From the NCBI GenBank assembly GCA_965227295.1, contig OZ245742.1, positions 2,016,001 to 2,080,000 on the forward strand: DNA of 64,000 nt. Direction: 5' to 3'. The position numbers and the translations under genes are program-made. The stretch is from Leptonemataceae bacterium. Its GTDB lineage: Bacteria; Spirochaetota; Leptospiria; Leptospirales; Leptonemataceae. Below the pieces are notes generated by a model. That model searched no databases. It was not told the origin of the DNA and saw nothing but the letters and a program-made list of their open reading frames with translations. This document shows positions 10,157 through 20,716 of the stretch, piece after piece. Position 1 is the first letter of the stretch, and every line of letters begins with the position of its first letter.

Positions 10157-11473
10157 TTACAGTTTGCGTTTCTCTAACTGCTTGCCCTTCGTGTCAAAGA
10201 AAATGATGTACTCGGTGCCGTCGTCCTCGACCTTGATTTCCATCGCGGCGTAGTTGTAGTAGCCGTGAATGACGGGTTTGTCGTTCGCGTCGAAGAATTC
10301 ACGACGAACCAGGCGGGCGCCTTCGTAGTGATTGCGCTCAATGGAAAAATTCAACAGGCCGACCGTGAAGGGCTTTTCGTTTTGATCGAGCTGACGTTCT
10401 TCCAGAGGGCGGCCGTACTTATCGCGTTTTACGATTTGAACGGCGCCCGCGTAGCTGCGATCCCGGAGTTTGCCGTCCGCGCCGTAGTTGCGAGTCTCGA
10501 CCGGATAGAGCGTACGGTCCGTGCGGTACACCGTCCGGGTGACGTCGTCGGTGACGGGCTTTTCTTCGGCGTTCAGATACTCTACCGTTACTTCGTAGTG
10601 GTCGTCCTTGAGTTCGTAACTGTAGCGCGAGATGGTCGTGCCCTTCGCGCTCGGTTTTCCGTCCGCGGTGAGGCAGCGCCGTTCGGTTACCTGACCGAGA
10701 TCGTTCACGGTGCGTCGTTCCACCGGGCCGCAATGCATCCCCTGCACGGGCCGGTCCTGTTTGTCGAAGTAGCGTGACTCCGTGAGCGCTCCGCGTTCGT
10801 CGTACTTGAACTCGGCGCGGGCCCAGCCCGCGTTGTTCAGTGCAGGCTTTCCGGCCTGATCGAAAAAGCGCACCTCCGCGGCGAGACCGCGTTCGTTCCA
10901 GTGCACTTCGTCGCCCGCGATGTTGCCGGTTGCATCCTCGGATGCGATCGATCGTGTGACTGTGATCCTGCCGTTTTCGTCGCGGGTGATGCTGCGCTCA
11001 TTGCCCGTGCTGCCCGAGTTATCTTCAACGGTCGCACCGGTTTCGTCGATGAAAGTAATCGTCATTGTATCGCCTTCGACGGCGACGCGACGACGATAGA
11101 TGCCTCCATGCACGGCGGTGGCCGGTTCCCCGTCCACATCGAGAAAGGTATGAATGACGGAGCCGTCCTCGGGATACTCGAATTTGACGACGGCCGCGCT
11201 CAGCTCCGAACCGTGGAAGCCCTCTTTGCCGTTGAAGAGAAACGTGATCTGTTTCGGCTGGTTCTCCGCGGCGTACTCCACGCGGTAGGCGCGTCCTTTC
11301 TGTGCGTCCGCGGCGGAGACTTCCATTTGCCCGACGATGTTTAATTGCGGACCGTAGCTTATATCACGGAAGTATCGATCGGCGGGACCGCAGGCGACGG
11401 CTCCGCCGAAGAGTAGCGTCAGAAGAACCAGGACGGTGAACTGCCGAAGTCGACAAATTGGTGGATGTTGCAT
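10157..11473 (-). CDS. Putative lipoprotein with YD-like beta-hairpin repeats
   Basis: Lipobox-like GAVAC; repeated Y.YD..G...E..(Y/F)(F)D..GKP units. Confidence 0.7.
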   Translation of the reverse strand: MQHPPICRLRQFTVLVLLTLLFGGAVACGPADRYFRDISYGPQLNIVGQMEVSAADAQKGRAYRVEYAAENQPKQITFLFNGKEGFHGSELSAAVVKFEYPEDGSVIHTFLDVDGEPATAVHGGIYRRRVAVEGDTMTITFIDETGATVEDNSGSTGNERSITRDENGRITVTRSIASEDATGNIAGDEVHWNERGLAAEVRFFDQAGKPALNNAGWARAEFKYDERGALTESRYFDKQDRPVQGMHCGPVERRTVNDLGQVTERRCLTADGKPSAKGTTISRYSYELKDDHYEVTVEYLNAEEKPVTDDVTRTVYRTDRTLYPVETRNYGADGKLRDRSYAGAVQIVKRDKYGRPLEERQLDQNEKPFTVGLLNFSIERNHYEGARLVRREFFDANDKPVIHGYYNYAAMEIKVEDDGTEYIIFFDTKGKQLEKRKL

Positions 11474-11829
11474 GGAAGCTCCTCGAAGAAGTGGCGCAAC
11501 AGGAAGCGGGGGAGCCTGGTTATGTCAACGTGTTAATAAAGGATCTGAAGTTTTTGTGAAGATGGCTATGGCTTACGCGGATACGCGTGCCGGCGACAGG
11601 AAGATCATCCTGCCGCCGGGTTGGATGCGCGCTTTGTCTTCAGGCGTGGACGGCCACCGGCGTCGGTGCCGGTCGGCGGCGGAGAGCCGAAGCGACGCGA
11701 AGACGATAGCGTATATAACCCGGTATCACCCAGGGGTTGGCGAGAACCTTCGCATAAAATGGAACCTGATCGAAGTAAGCCGTGCGTTCGTAGCCGCGAC
11801 CCTCTTTCAGAATGAAACGATCCACGATG

Positions 11830-12420
11830 GGAATACGCAGAGCTTTGCGACCGATGGGCAGGACGAGGGTCCACTCGATGAAAAAAAGCGGTTCGGAAGG
11901 GGGGCCGGTTCTCTGGCGGGTGCCCCGCCGTACTCCACCTGAGCGTGGACGATGCCCTCAACAGTGCGTACCGGTCATGATCAATTTGACTTTGCCCAGC
12001 ATCCGCCGTACCGTTTGCGTGCGAATGCATTCCCAGCACACGGCCGCACCGACGCCGCCGAGGCCTGTTTGAAAGACGCCATCGTCCGAACCGCCGACAT
12101 AGAAGTTGTTTTCCCACTTGGTCGGTAGATCTTTGTCGTGGGTGTGCAATTCATTCGGACCCGCGAAGAAGTAACGATTGTATAACTGATCTTTATCAAC
12201 GATTAGCATGGATCCGCCGACGTAGCCTTGATAGCGGGACGCGAGGCGCCGCAGCATCTCTACGGCCGGATTGCGTACGTCGAGTGCCGCGCGATACACG
12301 TCTCGTGCCGGTACGATCGCGCTCGTAAAAAATTCGGGGAGGGCCACCAGACGTGCGCCCGCTTCGAAGGCGTTCGTCGCCAATCGTTCGGCCATCCGAA
12401 TGTTGTCCGCCACGTTGCCC
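11830..12420 (-). pseudogene. Carbon-nitrogen hydrolase (nitrilase family) remnant
   Basis: ALPEFF, HDKDLPT and AVCWE triad motifs; no proper N-terminus, stop at 11958, C-terminal-like fragment (EGIVHAQV...PNRF) in another frame. Confidence 0.75.
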
Positions 12421-12604
12421 GGCCGTGTTCTTCGAGACGCTGGAGCAGAGTTTCCGCTCCGAACGCCTGTGAGGGCGTAAGCGCGCCGGAGGCCGTGAAG
12501 TCCCGGCGGCTGGCCAGATGCGCGCAAATCGCGGCCGCTGTTATAGCGATGCCGTTCGGCGCGGAGATGGTTGCAATGCGGGCGCGATCCTGATCGTCGC
12601 TCAC
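12421..12604 (-). pseudogene. C-terminal fragment resembling a saccharopine dehydrogenase-like oxidoreductase
   Basis: APNG..ITA...SGALTPSQAFG motif only; the rest of the gene is absent. Confidence 0.45.
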
Positions 12605-12953
12605 TTCTACGCAGGCACGCAGGGGCGGCCCGTGTTCTTCTCCGGTTCGCCGGAAAGATCAAGGCAGTGCCGGCCGGCCGCGAGGGCGGCCTCCTGCAGC
12701 GCCCCCCCCGGTGTGAACGGGGGCAAGGGCGACGCTTGAGCCCATCGCTACCAGCGCTTTGCTTACGGCGCGTCCGGTTCGTCCGGCGGCACCGTAGACG
12801 ACCACGTCCAATTGCGAATCGATTCGGCGAGACTCCATCGAGGCAGCCTCCGACCGCAGTTGGAAAAGTCAAGCATATACTTTGTTTTTCAAAGTATATG
12901 TGTCGGGCGTCGTTACTGCGATGGGGTACGGGCCGTGGGTAGACGGGATTACT

Positions 12954-13580
12954 TTATTGGAACACGCGCAGTACCCGGCGCATGAGGCTTCCCGGGCCAT
13001 TAATGATCAGCCCTCGGGCGGAATCGCCGTCGCTCTGAAGGGAGCGGACCAGCGCCGTGGCGGTTCCGGAAATGATCAGGTCGGGAGTCACGGTATCATC
13101 GTGGAGACGCTGGAGACCGTCGGGTCCGAAGCGAACATCGAGGGTCGCCCCGGGAGTGCGCCAGCGAACGACGACCGGCTTTGAAAAGTTAGCCTGGTCA
13201 TTGTTGTACAGGCTGAGGATTGCTGAGTAGAGGTAGGAACTGGAAAAATGGCGTTCACCCTGTTTGCCGATGTGCTGCAGGCCGAATCGCGCCAGTTCAC
13301 CGAGGAGCGGCCGAAGCGTTCGCCCGGTGTCCGTCAGTTCATAGACCCGCGACGGACCGGGGGCCGGCAGAGACGTGCGCCGAATGAAACCGTGTTCTTC
13401 CAGGCTCTTCAGACGATTGCTCAGTATGTCGGTCGCAATGCCCGGCAGCCCGTCCTGGAGGTCCGAGAATCTTTGGGGGCCTTCCATGAGTTGTCGGACA
13501 ATGAGCAACGTCCAGCGTTCACCGACCAGATCGAGGGCTTGTGCGATTCCGCAGTACTGATTGTATGATTTCTTGCTCAC
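12954..13580 (-). CDS. HxlR-family winged-helix regulator with SCP2-like C-terminus
   Basis: YNQYCGIAQALDLVGERWTLLIVR, RFSDLQDGLPGIAT..LS.RLK.LE, YELT..GR. Confidence 0.88.
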   Translation of the reverse strand: MSKKSYNQYCGIAQALDLVGERWTLLIVRQLMEGPQRFSDLQDGLPGIATDILSNRLKSLEEHGFIRRTSLPAPGPSRVYELTDTGRTLRPLLGELARFGLQHIGKQGERHFSSSYLYSAILSLYNNDQANFSKPVVVRWRTPGATLDVRFGPDGLQRLHDDTVTPDLIISGTATALVRSLQSDGDSARGLIINGPGSLMRRVLRVFQ

Positions 13581-13610
13581 AGCTACTCCGGCGGGGTAAC
13601 GCAGTCCTGA

Positions 13611-13928
13611 TTACGAAAGATCCACCTCGACATCATCCCCGCTCAGCCGCACCGGGTATGTCTCGATCTCTTCCGTTGCCGGCATGCGCAGAACCTCGCC
13701 GTTCGTTACGTCGAACTGAGCGCCGTGGCGGGGACAGGTGATGCACTTCCCATCTAACTTGCCGTCAGCAGAAACCAGCGGCCCGTCGTCGTGCGTGCAG
13801 AGGTCATCGAAGGCGAACAACTCGCCGTCGATCTTTGCGATGCCGATGCGGCCGAAGCGAGTCGTAAACGTAGCGGCACAGCCCTCGGCGGGAAGCTCTT
13901 GAGCGGAAGCGATGCGAACAAAACTCAT
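13611..13928 (-). CDS. Rieske [2Fe-2S] ferredoxin (SUF-associated)
   Basis: CTHD and CPRHGAQFD Rieske motifs. Confidence 0.93.
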   Translation of the reverse strand: MSFVRIASAQELPAEGCAATFTTRFGRIGIAKIDGELFAFDDLCTHDDGPLVSADGKLDGKCITCPRHGAQFDVTNGEVLRMPATEEIETYPVRLSGDDVEVDLS

Positions 13929-13933
13929 AGATT

Positions 13934-15196
13934 TCAAATAGCCAGCTTGGAGCGCCAGGTGTCCAGGATGCTTTCGTGGTATTCCGGCGCCGGGATCTCG
14001 GCGATGACCTCGTTCAGAAATCCCTGGATCAACAACGCGCGTGCGTCGGCCTCCGGAATACCGCGGGCCATGAGAAAGAACACCGCGTCGGCGTCGAGTT
14101 CGCCGACGGTGGCGCCGTGTTCGGCGGCGACGTCCTCGCTGCGCACGACCAGGCGCGGCATGGACTCGGCGCGGGCCTTCTGGTTTAACAGAATGTTATT
14201 GTTAGTTTGCAGCGAGTCCACGTGTTTGCGGCCCGGCGGGATCAACAGGTTGCCGTTAAACACGCTGTGCGCCCGATCCTTTACGACGGTTTTGTACAAT
14301 AACGACGACGTGGTATGATCGGCATGATGCTCGGCGAGCATCTCCATGTCGCTGAACTCGCGCCCCGAAGCCGCGAGCAAGCCGATCCCCCGAAACTCCG
14401 CCCCGGGTTCCCGCGCCTTCGCAATCACGAAAGCCTTGCCTTTAATGCCGCCCTGGCGCGCCGTGGAATAGTGCACGCGGGAGTCACGCGATTGTTCGGT
14501 GACAAACCTGTGGAAGTGTTGCTCGGGCCCCTGGTAGTTATGCAGCGCGACGTAGTTCACGCGGGCGTTGTTGCCGCAGATGACGTGCGTTTCGCAATTC
14601 CACAACTGCAGTTCTTCGGAGTCGGTGCCCGTGAATTCCTCGATGACGGTGAGCTCCGCGTTATCCGCCGCGGCGATGAACGTTCGATGTACGAGGGCAC
14701 CCCGGCCGGCGTCTCCGGCCATCCGATGTTTAATGTGAACGGCTTCGTTGCCGGCGCCGTTCGAATACACGGCGACGTTCTGGGCGTGGGTGGCGAGGTT
14801 CTGTGCGGCAAAGAGTCCCGCATCCGGACGATCGGCGGCCTGGACTTCTTTCAGAGCGGCGGCGAGATGCGCGCGCAGTTTTTCGGCTAACTTCTGATCG
14901 TTGGCATCTTGCGAAGACAGCACGGTGCCGAAGGGTTTCGCGATGATGCGTTGTTCGTCGGGGTTCTGAATTTCGAGATTGGTCGGCGTATCGGCCAGGC
15001 GGTAGGCCCGCGGATCGAAGCCGGAGTTTACGAGATCGATTTTGCGCCAGGACTCGCGAATGGTATCGCCGCCGTCGATGCCGGGCAGCGGCGCTTTTTC
15101 GTAGGCGGAGAGCGCGGCGAGACGCACGTCCCGCAATTCGGCCGGCTCGTTTTTGTTTTCGATGAAGCCCTTGAGGCTGTCGGTGGCTGTTACCAT
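13934..15196 (-). CDS. sufD: Fe-S cluster assembly protein SufD
   Basis: ESWRK, SVFNG, NNNILL, P.L....DVAAEHGATVG, FFLMARGI. Confidence 0.92.
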   Translation of the reverse strand: MVTATDSLKGFIENKNEPAELRDVRLAALSAYEKAPLPGIDGGDTIRESWRKIDLVNSGFDPRAYRLADTPTNLEIQNPDEQRIIAKPFGTVLSSQDANDQKLAEKLRAHLAAALKEVQAADRPDAGLFAAQNLATHAQNVAVYSNGAGNEAVHIKHRMAGDAGRGALVHRTFIAAADNAELTVIEEFTGTDSEELQLWNCETHVICGNNARVNYVALHNYQGPEQHFHRFVTEQSRDSRVHYSTARQGGIKGKAFVIAKAREPGAEFRGIGLLAASGREFSDMEMLAEHHADHTTSSLLYKTVVKDRAHSVFNGNLLIPPGRKHVDSLQTNNNILLNQKARAESMPRLVVRSEDVAAEHGATVGELDADAVFFLMARGIPEADARALLIQGFLNEVIAEIPAPEYHESILDTWRSKLAI

Positions 15197-15210
15197 AAAA
15201 TCCTTTTTTC

Positions 15211-15322
15211 ACTCCGAGGACCGAGGTACCGAGGAAAAAGAATCCGGAGGACCTTCATCGCCTGCACGCGCGCAGGTTAAGCGGCTCTCCACATCTTCTC
15301 TCGGTGTCTCGGTCCTCGGAGT
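15211..15322. repeat. Palindromic MITE/REP-like element A1 (sufC-sufD spacer)
   Basis: Terminal IR actccgaggaccgag...ctcggtcctcggagt; central hairpin cctgc/gcagg. Confidence 0.85.
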
Positions 15323-15343
15323 AAACTTTCCTTCGACACCGCC

Positions 15344-16090
15344 CTAAGCGATGCCCGCCTCCTGGGCCACCCAATCGTAGCCCTCCGCCTCGAGTCTTTC
15401 GGCCAGATCGCGCCCGCCGCTTTTGATGATGCGGCCGTCCATGAAGACGTGCACACGGTCAAGGGAGAGATAGTTCAGGATGCGCTGGTAGTGCGTGATG
15501 ATGAGCATGGAACGCCCGGGATCGCGCACGGCTTCCAGGCCCTCGGCGATGATGCGCAGGGCGTCGATGTCCAGGCCCGAGTCGATCTCGTCGAGGATCG
15601 CCATCTTCGGTTTGATCATGGCCATCTGGAGGATTTCATTGCGCTTCTTTTCGCCGCCGGAGAAGCCGTCGTTCACGTAGCGAGCCGCGAAGGCGTTGTC
15701 CATCTGCAACGTCGCCATGCTCGATTTCATTTCGTTGCGGAACTCTTTTACCGGCACGTCGGCCCCGCGCACGTTCTTGAGCACGTTGCGCAAAAAGTTC
15801 GTAACGGTGACGCCGGGGATGGCCGTCGGGTATTGAAACGATAGAAACAATCCGGCCCGGGCACGCTCGTCCGTCGGCATGCCGAGCACGGACTTGCCTT
15901 CAAAGAGAATATCGCCCGATGTCACTTCGTATTTCGGATGGCCCATGATCGTATACGAGAGCGTGGACTTACCGGATCCGTTCGGTCCCATGATGGCGTG
16001 AATCTCCCCCGCGGGGATCGCGAGGTTCAAGCCCTTGATGATTTCTTTGTCTTCGATTTTGACCCGGAGGTCTTTGATTTCTAAAAGCAT
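15344..16090 (-). CDS. sufC: Fe-S cluster assembly ATPase SufC
   Basis: [38 protein letters not shown]. Confidence 0.97.
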   Translation of the reverse strand: MLLEIKDLRVKIEDKEIIKGLNLAIPAGEIHAIMGPNGSGKSTLSYTIMGHPKYEVTSGDILFEGKSVLGMPTDERARAGLFLSFQYPTAIPGVTVTNFLRNVLKNVRGADVPVKEFRNEMKSSMATLQMDNAFAARYVNDGFSGGEKKRNEILQMAMIKPKMAILDEIDSGLDIDALRIIAEGLEAVRDPGRSMLIITHYQRILNYLSLDRVHVFMDGRIIKSGGRDLAERLEAEGYDWVAQEAGIA

Positions 16091-16111
16091 TGCTTGTTGA
16101 TTCCTTCTGTT

Positions 16112-16237
16112 ACTCCGAGGACCGAGGGATCGAGGTTAAGGATGTGAGGGCGAGTGTAGCCTGCATGCGAGCAGGCTTAAACCATCCCTTTCCATTTTCT
16201 CTAAAGATTCTTCCCTCGGTACCTCGGTCCTCGGAGT
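16112..16237. repeat. Palindromic MITE/REP-like element A2 (sufB-sufC spacer)
   Basis: Same terminal IR actccgaggaccgagg...cctcggtcctcggagt; central hairpin agcctgc/gcaggct. Confidence 0.85.
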
Positions 16238-16248
16238 TCAAAATGAGA

Positions 16249-17664
16249 TTACTGAGGCGCGTCCTCCGGTCCGGCGATGGCGTTGCCGTCCTCGAGGATC
16301 ATCCGAATTAAGCGCGTCATCTCCACCGAGTATTCCACGTTCAGGTCGCGCACGACGCCTTCGCAGAAGCCGTTCACGATGAGTAACTTTGCCTCATCTT
16401 CATTTAAGCCGCGGCTTTGTAAATAGAACAGCATGTCCTCGTCGATCTTAGCCACCGTGGCCTCGTAGTTCAGCGTGCCGTGGGCGCCGCTGACGTCGTT
16501 ATAAGGATACGCGTGCGATTCGCTGCGCTCGTCCATCATGAGGCCGTCGCACTTAATGTGCGAGTACGCGTTCTCGGCGCCCTTTTCGAACTTTACGAGA
16601 CCGCGGTACGAATTGATGCCGCCGTCGAGGGACACGCCCTTCGCGAGAACGTTGGAACGCGTATTCTTACCGGCGTGAATGATGCGTGCGCCCGTATCCT
16701 GGATCTGATTGCCGCCGGCGAAGGCGAGCGAGAGAATGTCGCCGGTGGAGTTATCGCCTTTCAGAATGATGCCCGGATACTTCATGGTCTGCGCGCCGAT
16801 GTTTACGTCCGTCCAGGTGATGTGGGCGCCGCGCTCGGCCACGCCGCGCTTCACCGTCCAGTTGAACATGTTCTTCTTCCAGTTCTGGATCGTGGTGTAG
16901 TGGATGCGGGCGTTGTCCAGCGCCACCAGTTCGACGACGGCGGTGTGAAAGTTCGTGCCGGAATCCTGCACCGAGGAACAGCCCTCGCTGTAGACGATCT
17001 CCGCGCCCTCGTCGGCAATGAGCAGCGTGCGTTCGTACTGACCGGAGGATGCGGCCGTAACCTTGAAGTAGGCCTGGAGCGGCATGGGCGTCTTGACGCC
17101 CTTCGGGCAATAGGCGAACGAGCCGCCGCTGAACACGGCCGAGTTCAACGCCGCAAACTTGTTATCCTCGGGAGTTACGACGCTGCCGATGTACTTCTTC
17201 ACCAGGTCCGGATACTCGCGGATAGCGGTGTCGATGTCGCAGAAGATGATGCCGACTTCTTCAAGTTCCTTTTTGACGTTCGCGTAGACCGTCTCGGAAT
17301 CGTTCATGGCTTCGAGGCCGGCCAGGTAACGGCGCTCGTGTTCGGGGATGCCCAGGCGTTCGAAAGATCGCAGGACCTCCGGATCCACCTCGTCCCAGGA
17401 CTTCTTCTTCTGTTTGTTGGAACCCACGTAGTGCACGTAGGTGTCCAGATCAATCTCGAAGTCCTTCATGAAGCCCCACTGCGGCATGGGTTTGCTTTCG
17501 AAGACATCCAGCGCGCGCAGACGGAACTCCGTCACCCAGCCCGGCTCGTTCTTAATGTGCGAGATGGATTCCACGACCTTCCGGCTGAGGCCGGTCGGGA
17601 ACGCGTCCGGGGCGTAGAAGGCTCCGTCCTGTGGTTTCGTTTGTGTTAATGTATCGGTGGCCAT
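16249..17664 (-). CDS. sufB: Fe-S cluster assembly protein SufB
   Basis: [51 protein letters not shown]. Confidence 0.97.
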   Translation of the reverse strand: MATDTLTQTKPQDGAFYAPDAFPTGLSRKVVESISHIKNEPGWVTEFRLRALDVFESKPMPQWGFMKDFEIDLDTYVHYVGSNKQKKKSWDEVDPEVLRSFERLGIPEHERRYLAGLEAMNDSETVYANVKKELEEVGIIFCDIDTAIREYPDLVKKYIGSVVTPEDNKFAALNSAVFSGGSFAYCPKGVKTPMPLQAYFKVTAASSGQYERTLLIADEGAEIVYSEGCSSVQDSGTNFHTAVVELVALDNARIHYTTIQNWKKNMFNWTVKRGVAERGAHITWTDVNIGAQTMKYPGIILKGDNSTGDILSLAFAGGNQIQDTGARIIHAGKNTRSNVLAKGVSLDGGINSYRGLVKFEKGAENAYSHIKCDGLMMDERSESHAYPYNDVSGAHGTLNYEATVAKIDEDMLFYLQSRGLNEDEAKLLIVNGFCEGVVRDLNVEYSVEMTRLIRMILEDGNAIAGPEDAPQ

Positions 17665-17755
17665 AAGATCTTACTCTGCTGCTTTAAACAAGTCGTACGG
17701 GAGGTGGTACGGCAAGGACTTTGTCACGGGGCGCCGTTCCGGCCGGGGGCGGTGG

Positions 17756-18292
17756 CTAAGGGTATTTGGAGCGGATGAGTGCGTAGAATTCTTCGCGGCT
17801 ACCGCCCGCCTTGATGCGGGCGAGTTCCCGCCAGTCGTTCTCGGTCCAGGCCGCGAGCTTCAGGCCGAGAACGGCCTCCTCCGTCGGCGCGCCGATGACC
17901 AGGCGTTCGTTGAAGTCCGGATTGCCGGGGTAAACGAGGTCCGTGAGGGCGACGTAACGCAGGCCGGTGTAGTAGTTCTTCGACCACTGCATGAGCTGCA
18001 TGGCTTTCTCGGGCGGAAAGGACGTGCCCACCCAGACGGCCCCGGAGTTGTTCGCGGAATACGGAATGGGCCGCAGATCCAGGTACTGGCCGGGGATCTC
18101 CAGGTCCTCCGCCAGAATCAGGATACGGCCGGCCTTGTCCATGCGGGCCAGCAGGATGCGCGGGCCCGGTTCCGGGCCGACGAAAGGTACGAATTCGCGC
18201 CAGGTCGTGCCGCAGCCGCCGAGAAAAGCGGTGCCGAGAACTACGAGGATGGCGCCCAGGCGCGGGCGATGCAGGAATCGGAACATAGACAT
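17756..18292 (-). CDS. Hypothetical lipoprotein
   Basis: Signal peptide with LGGC lipobox; GC-typical codon usage. Confidence 0.65.
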   Translation of the reverse strand: MSMFRFLHRPRLGAILVVLGTAFLGGCGTTWREFVPFVGPEPGPRILLARMDKAGRILILAEDLEIPGQYLDLRPIPYSANNSGAVWVGTSFPPEKAMQLMQWSKNYYTGLRYVALTDLVYPGNPDFNERLVIGAPTEEAVLGLKLAAWTENDWRELARIKAGGSREEFYALIRSKYP

Positions 18293-18765
18293 TATATAGA
18301 AAGAATCGGAAATTCAGAGCCCCGGAACGTCAAGACATAGTCATCCCCGGATTCGCGAATCCAGTCGGCCAGTTCCAGCAGCAGGCTGGATTGAATGCGT
18401 CCCCGGGGAAAGCCCTCTTTCCCGGCACTGTGCGCCGGATGATAGAGTACGCCCGTCCTGGAGACCTGGAGCCGGTCCGGCTCGAAATCGCAGTGCAGTC
18501 CGCTGTAGTTGTACTCCAACTGCGCCGGCCCGTTCGGATTCTTCGGCTCCGTCAAACGCATGAAGACGATGGGGCTGTCGGAGGTGGATACGTAGTTTTG
18601 CTCAGGTCCGCACGGAGATACGTACGGGCATTCACTATGGTAGTCGCCGGTGTTGGGGCGCAGGCGTGAGAAGAAAAAGGCCAGGAATCGCTGATCCTCC
18701 AACCGGGTGCCGTCGTGGAAGAGTCGGCCCTCTAAGTCAATGGTATAAAAGTATTCTCGCTGCAT
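18292..18765 (-). CDS. DUF4505 / UPF0598 (C8orf82-like) protein
   Basis: REYFYTID..G.LF, FL.FFFSRLRPN, PYVSPCG.E.NYV, D.PIVF. Confidence 0.75.
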   Translation of the reverse strand: MQREYFYTIDLEGRLFHDGTRLEDQRFLAFFFSRLRPNTGDYHSECPYVSPCGPEQNYVSTSDSPIVFMRLTEPKNPNGPAQLEYNYSGLHCDFEPDRLQVSRTGVLYHPAHSAGKEGFPRGRIQSSLLLELADWIRESGDDYVLTFRGSEFPILSI

Positions 18766-19109
18766 TGCGTCCGTCCGGCAAGAGGTAAAACTAATGGTAC
18801 TACAAATTACAGCCTTTTTCCGGGTGAAAATAACCGTTTTTTCATGAAATCCCAACACCCGTTGAACATCGCAGCCGGGATAAGCTCCGATCAGTGAAGG
18901 TTTACAAAAATCCGCCTAATCTCGTACCGCCGAGGGTTAAAAAGGGTAAGCTTGTCGGCGAAAGGAGCGACAGTAGTAGTCTTTCGTTAGAGATTGGTAA
19001 AAAAAGCTTTATTTCTTTACTAAAACTAAGGTTTTCTTCAGCTTCAGCTTGACAACCCGCATTCACGTGATTTCCTTGCAGGAAAGCCTATCAGAAGGGG
19101 TATGTAGAA

Positions 19110-19511
19110 ATGGCTAAATTAAATAAAATTGCCGGAATCAGTGAAGATTACGCAGTGAAGCTGAAAAGCGCCGGCGTGACCACGATCGAGAAGCTTCTGT
19201 CGCACGGCGATACGAAGCAGGGTCGTAAGGCCATCGCTCAAAAAGCGCAGATCAACGAGAAGCTCGTAAGCAAGTGGGTGCACCACGCCGACTTCTTCCG
19301 CATCAAAGGCATCGCCGGACTCAAGGCGGAACTGCTGGAGCAGGCCGGTGTGCCGACCGTTACGGTCCTCGGTAAGCAGGATCCGGACAAGCTGTACGAG
19401 AAACTGGTAAAAGTGAACAACAAAGCCAATCTCGTCGAGCGGGTGCCCGGCATCGTTCAGGTTCGTCGCTGGGTCAAAACCGCGAAGAAACTGAAATCCT
19501 CCGTCAAGTAA
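19110..19511 (+). CDS. DUF4332 family protein (helix-hairpin-helix)
   Basis: IAGI..YA.KL..AGV.T...LL, WV..AD..RIKGI...AELLEQAGV. Confidence 0.8.
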   Translation: MAKLNKIAGISEDYAVKLKSAGVTTIEKLLSHGDTKQGRKAIAQKAQINEKLVSKWVHHADFFRIKGIAGLKAELLEQAGVPTVTVLGKQDPDKLYEKLVKVNNKANLVERVPGIVQVRRWVKTAKKLKSSVK

Positions 19512-19570
19512 GCAAAGCGTACTGACTGAATAACGAAACGCATCCCGCCGGTGCCGAACAGCGCCGCGGG

Positions 19571-20527
19571 ATGCGTTTTTTAATAGCCAGGGTCGTGGCG
19601 AACGGGGTACCGGCAGGTGTGCAGGACGAAATCCCCGGAATCATCAGCCAGGCTTCTCCCGACGCGGTCTCTATCCCCGCGGCCTTTCTTCTCGGCATCA
19701 TACAAGGACTCACCGAGTTCCTGCCGGTCTCCAGCACGGCGCATTTGCGCATCGTCTCCGCCTTTCTCGACATGCCGGACCCCGGCGCCGCCTATTCCGC
19801 GGTCATTCAACTCGGAACACTGATTGCCCTGCTGATCTTCTTCCGCCAGGATCTCGTCGAATTCAGTCGTGCTTCCCTCGGCGGCCTCCTCGGCGGTGAG
19901 CCCTTTCGCGATCTGAACGCGCGCATGGCCTACTTCCTCATTCTCGGCACGGTGCCGGTCTCGGTCTTCGGCCTCTTGCTCTCGGACTACATCAAAGGCC
20001 CTTTTCGATCGCTCTACGTAATTGCCGGTAGCCTCATCGTACTCGGCCTCCTGCTCTATGTTGCCGACCGCCGGCTGGCGAAGCTCGCCGCCGCCAGCCA
20101 GGCCGCTGATGGATCGTCGTCTTTGCGCGGTATCGAAAACGTCCACTGGTGGGACGCGCTGCTGATCGGCCTTGCCCAGAGCCTGGCGCTGGTTCCCGGT
20201 TCCTCGCGCTCGGGCACCACGCTCACCATGGGGCTGTTCCTGGGATTCAGTCGCTACGCGGCCATGCGCTTCTCGTTCTTGCTGTCGATCCCGGCCATTG
20301 GCCTGTCCGGCGTCTATGAACTCATTAAGGACTACCACGAACTGGAGCAGGCGGGCCTGGCCGGTTTGATTGTAGGAACTCTGACATCGGCCGTGGTGGG
20401 GTACGCCGCCGTAGCCGGCCTGCTGCGCTATCTGCGCACTCACAGCACTTTGCCGTTCGTTCTGTATCGCATCGGAATGGGCCTGCTGATTCTGGGCCTG
20501 CTCTACGCCGGCTGGATCGAGCCCTGA
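19571..20527 (+). CDS. uppP: Undecaprenyl-diphosphate phosphatase
   Basis: QGLTEFLPVSSTAH, QLGT, PGSSRSGTT, FSFLLSIP; true start probably a downstream GTG. Confidence 0.94.
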   Translation: MRFLIARVVANGVPAGVQDEIPGIISQASPDAVSIPAAFLLGIIQGLTEFLPVSSTAHLRIVSAFLDMPDPGAAYSAVIQLGTLIALLIFFRQDLVEFSRASLGGLLGGEPFRDLNARMAYFLILGTVPVSVFGLLLSDYIKGPFRSLYVIAGSLIVLGLLLYVADRRLAKLAAASQAADGSSSLRGIENVHWWDALLIGLAQSLALVPGSSRSGTTLTMGLFLGFSRYAAMRFSFLLSIPAIGLSGVYELIKDYHELEQAGLAGLIVGTLTSAVVGYAAVAGLLRYLRTHSTLPFVLYRIGMGLLILGLLYAGWIEP

Positions 20528-20633
20528 GTCGTGAAGCCCTCCTGGCCAGGTCCCGGCTTTTATAATGGAAAAAGTCCTGTCTTTTTCTGCGACCTGGGGA
20601 CATAACTGGCCGGGATTTCCCACAATGGGATAT

Positions 20634-20660
20634 TAAGCGCTCCCGCGAAAACGCCGATAG
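20634..20660 (+). promoter_or_regulatory. Sigma28 (FliA)-type promoter of fliS
   Basis: TAAG-N15-GCCGATAG versus consensus TAAA-N15-GCCGATAA, ending 56 bp upstream of the fliS start. Confidence 0.8.
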
Positions 20661-20716
20661 GGTGATCACAGGGCGGGACCACAGGGTAGCCCTCTGCAAC
20701 GGATTCAGGGGAGAAT

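Noticed and set aside
8600..11500. Integron cassette array (small co-oriented genes, IIC intron nearby)
   Set aside because: No repeated attC (RYYYAAC...GTTRRRY) structures were recognised and there is no integrase in the window.
16480..17649. Long antisense ORFs (e.g. 16480-17649, 19580-20623, 44903-45958, 48827-49891)
   Set aside because: Shadow ORFs opposite well-supported genes, expected from high-GC codon bias.
18860..19100. tRNA, riboswitch or other ncRNA in this AT-rich intergenic region
   Set aside because: No recognisable motif; consistent with divergent promoters (TTGACA at 19049).
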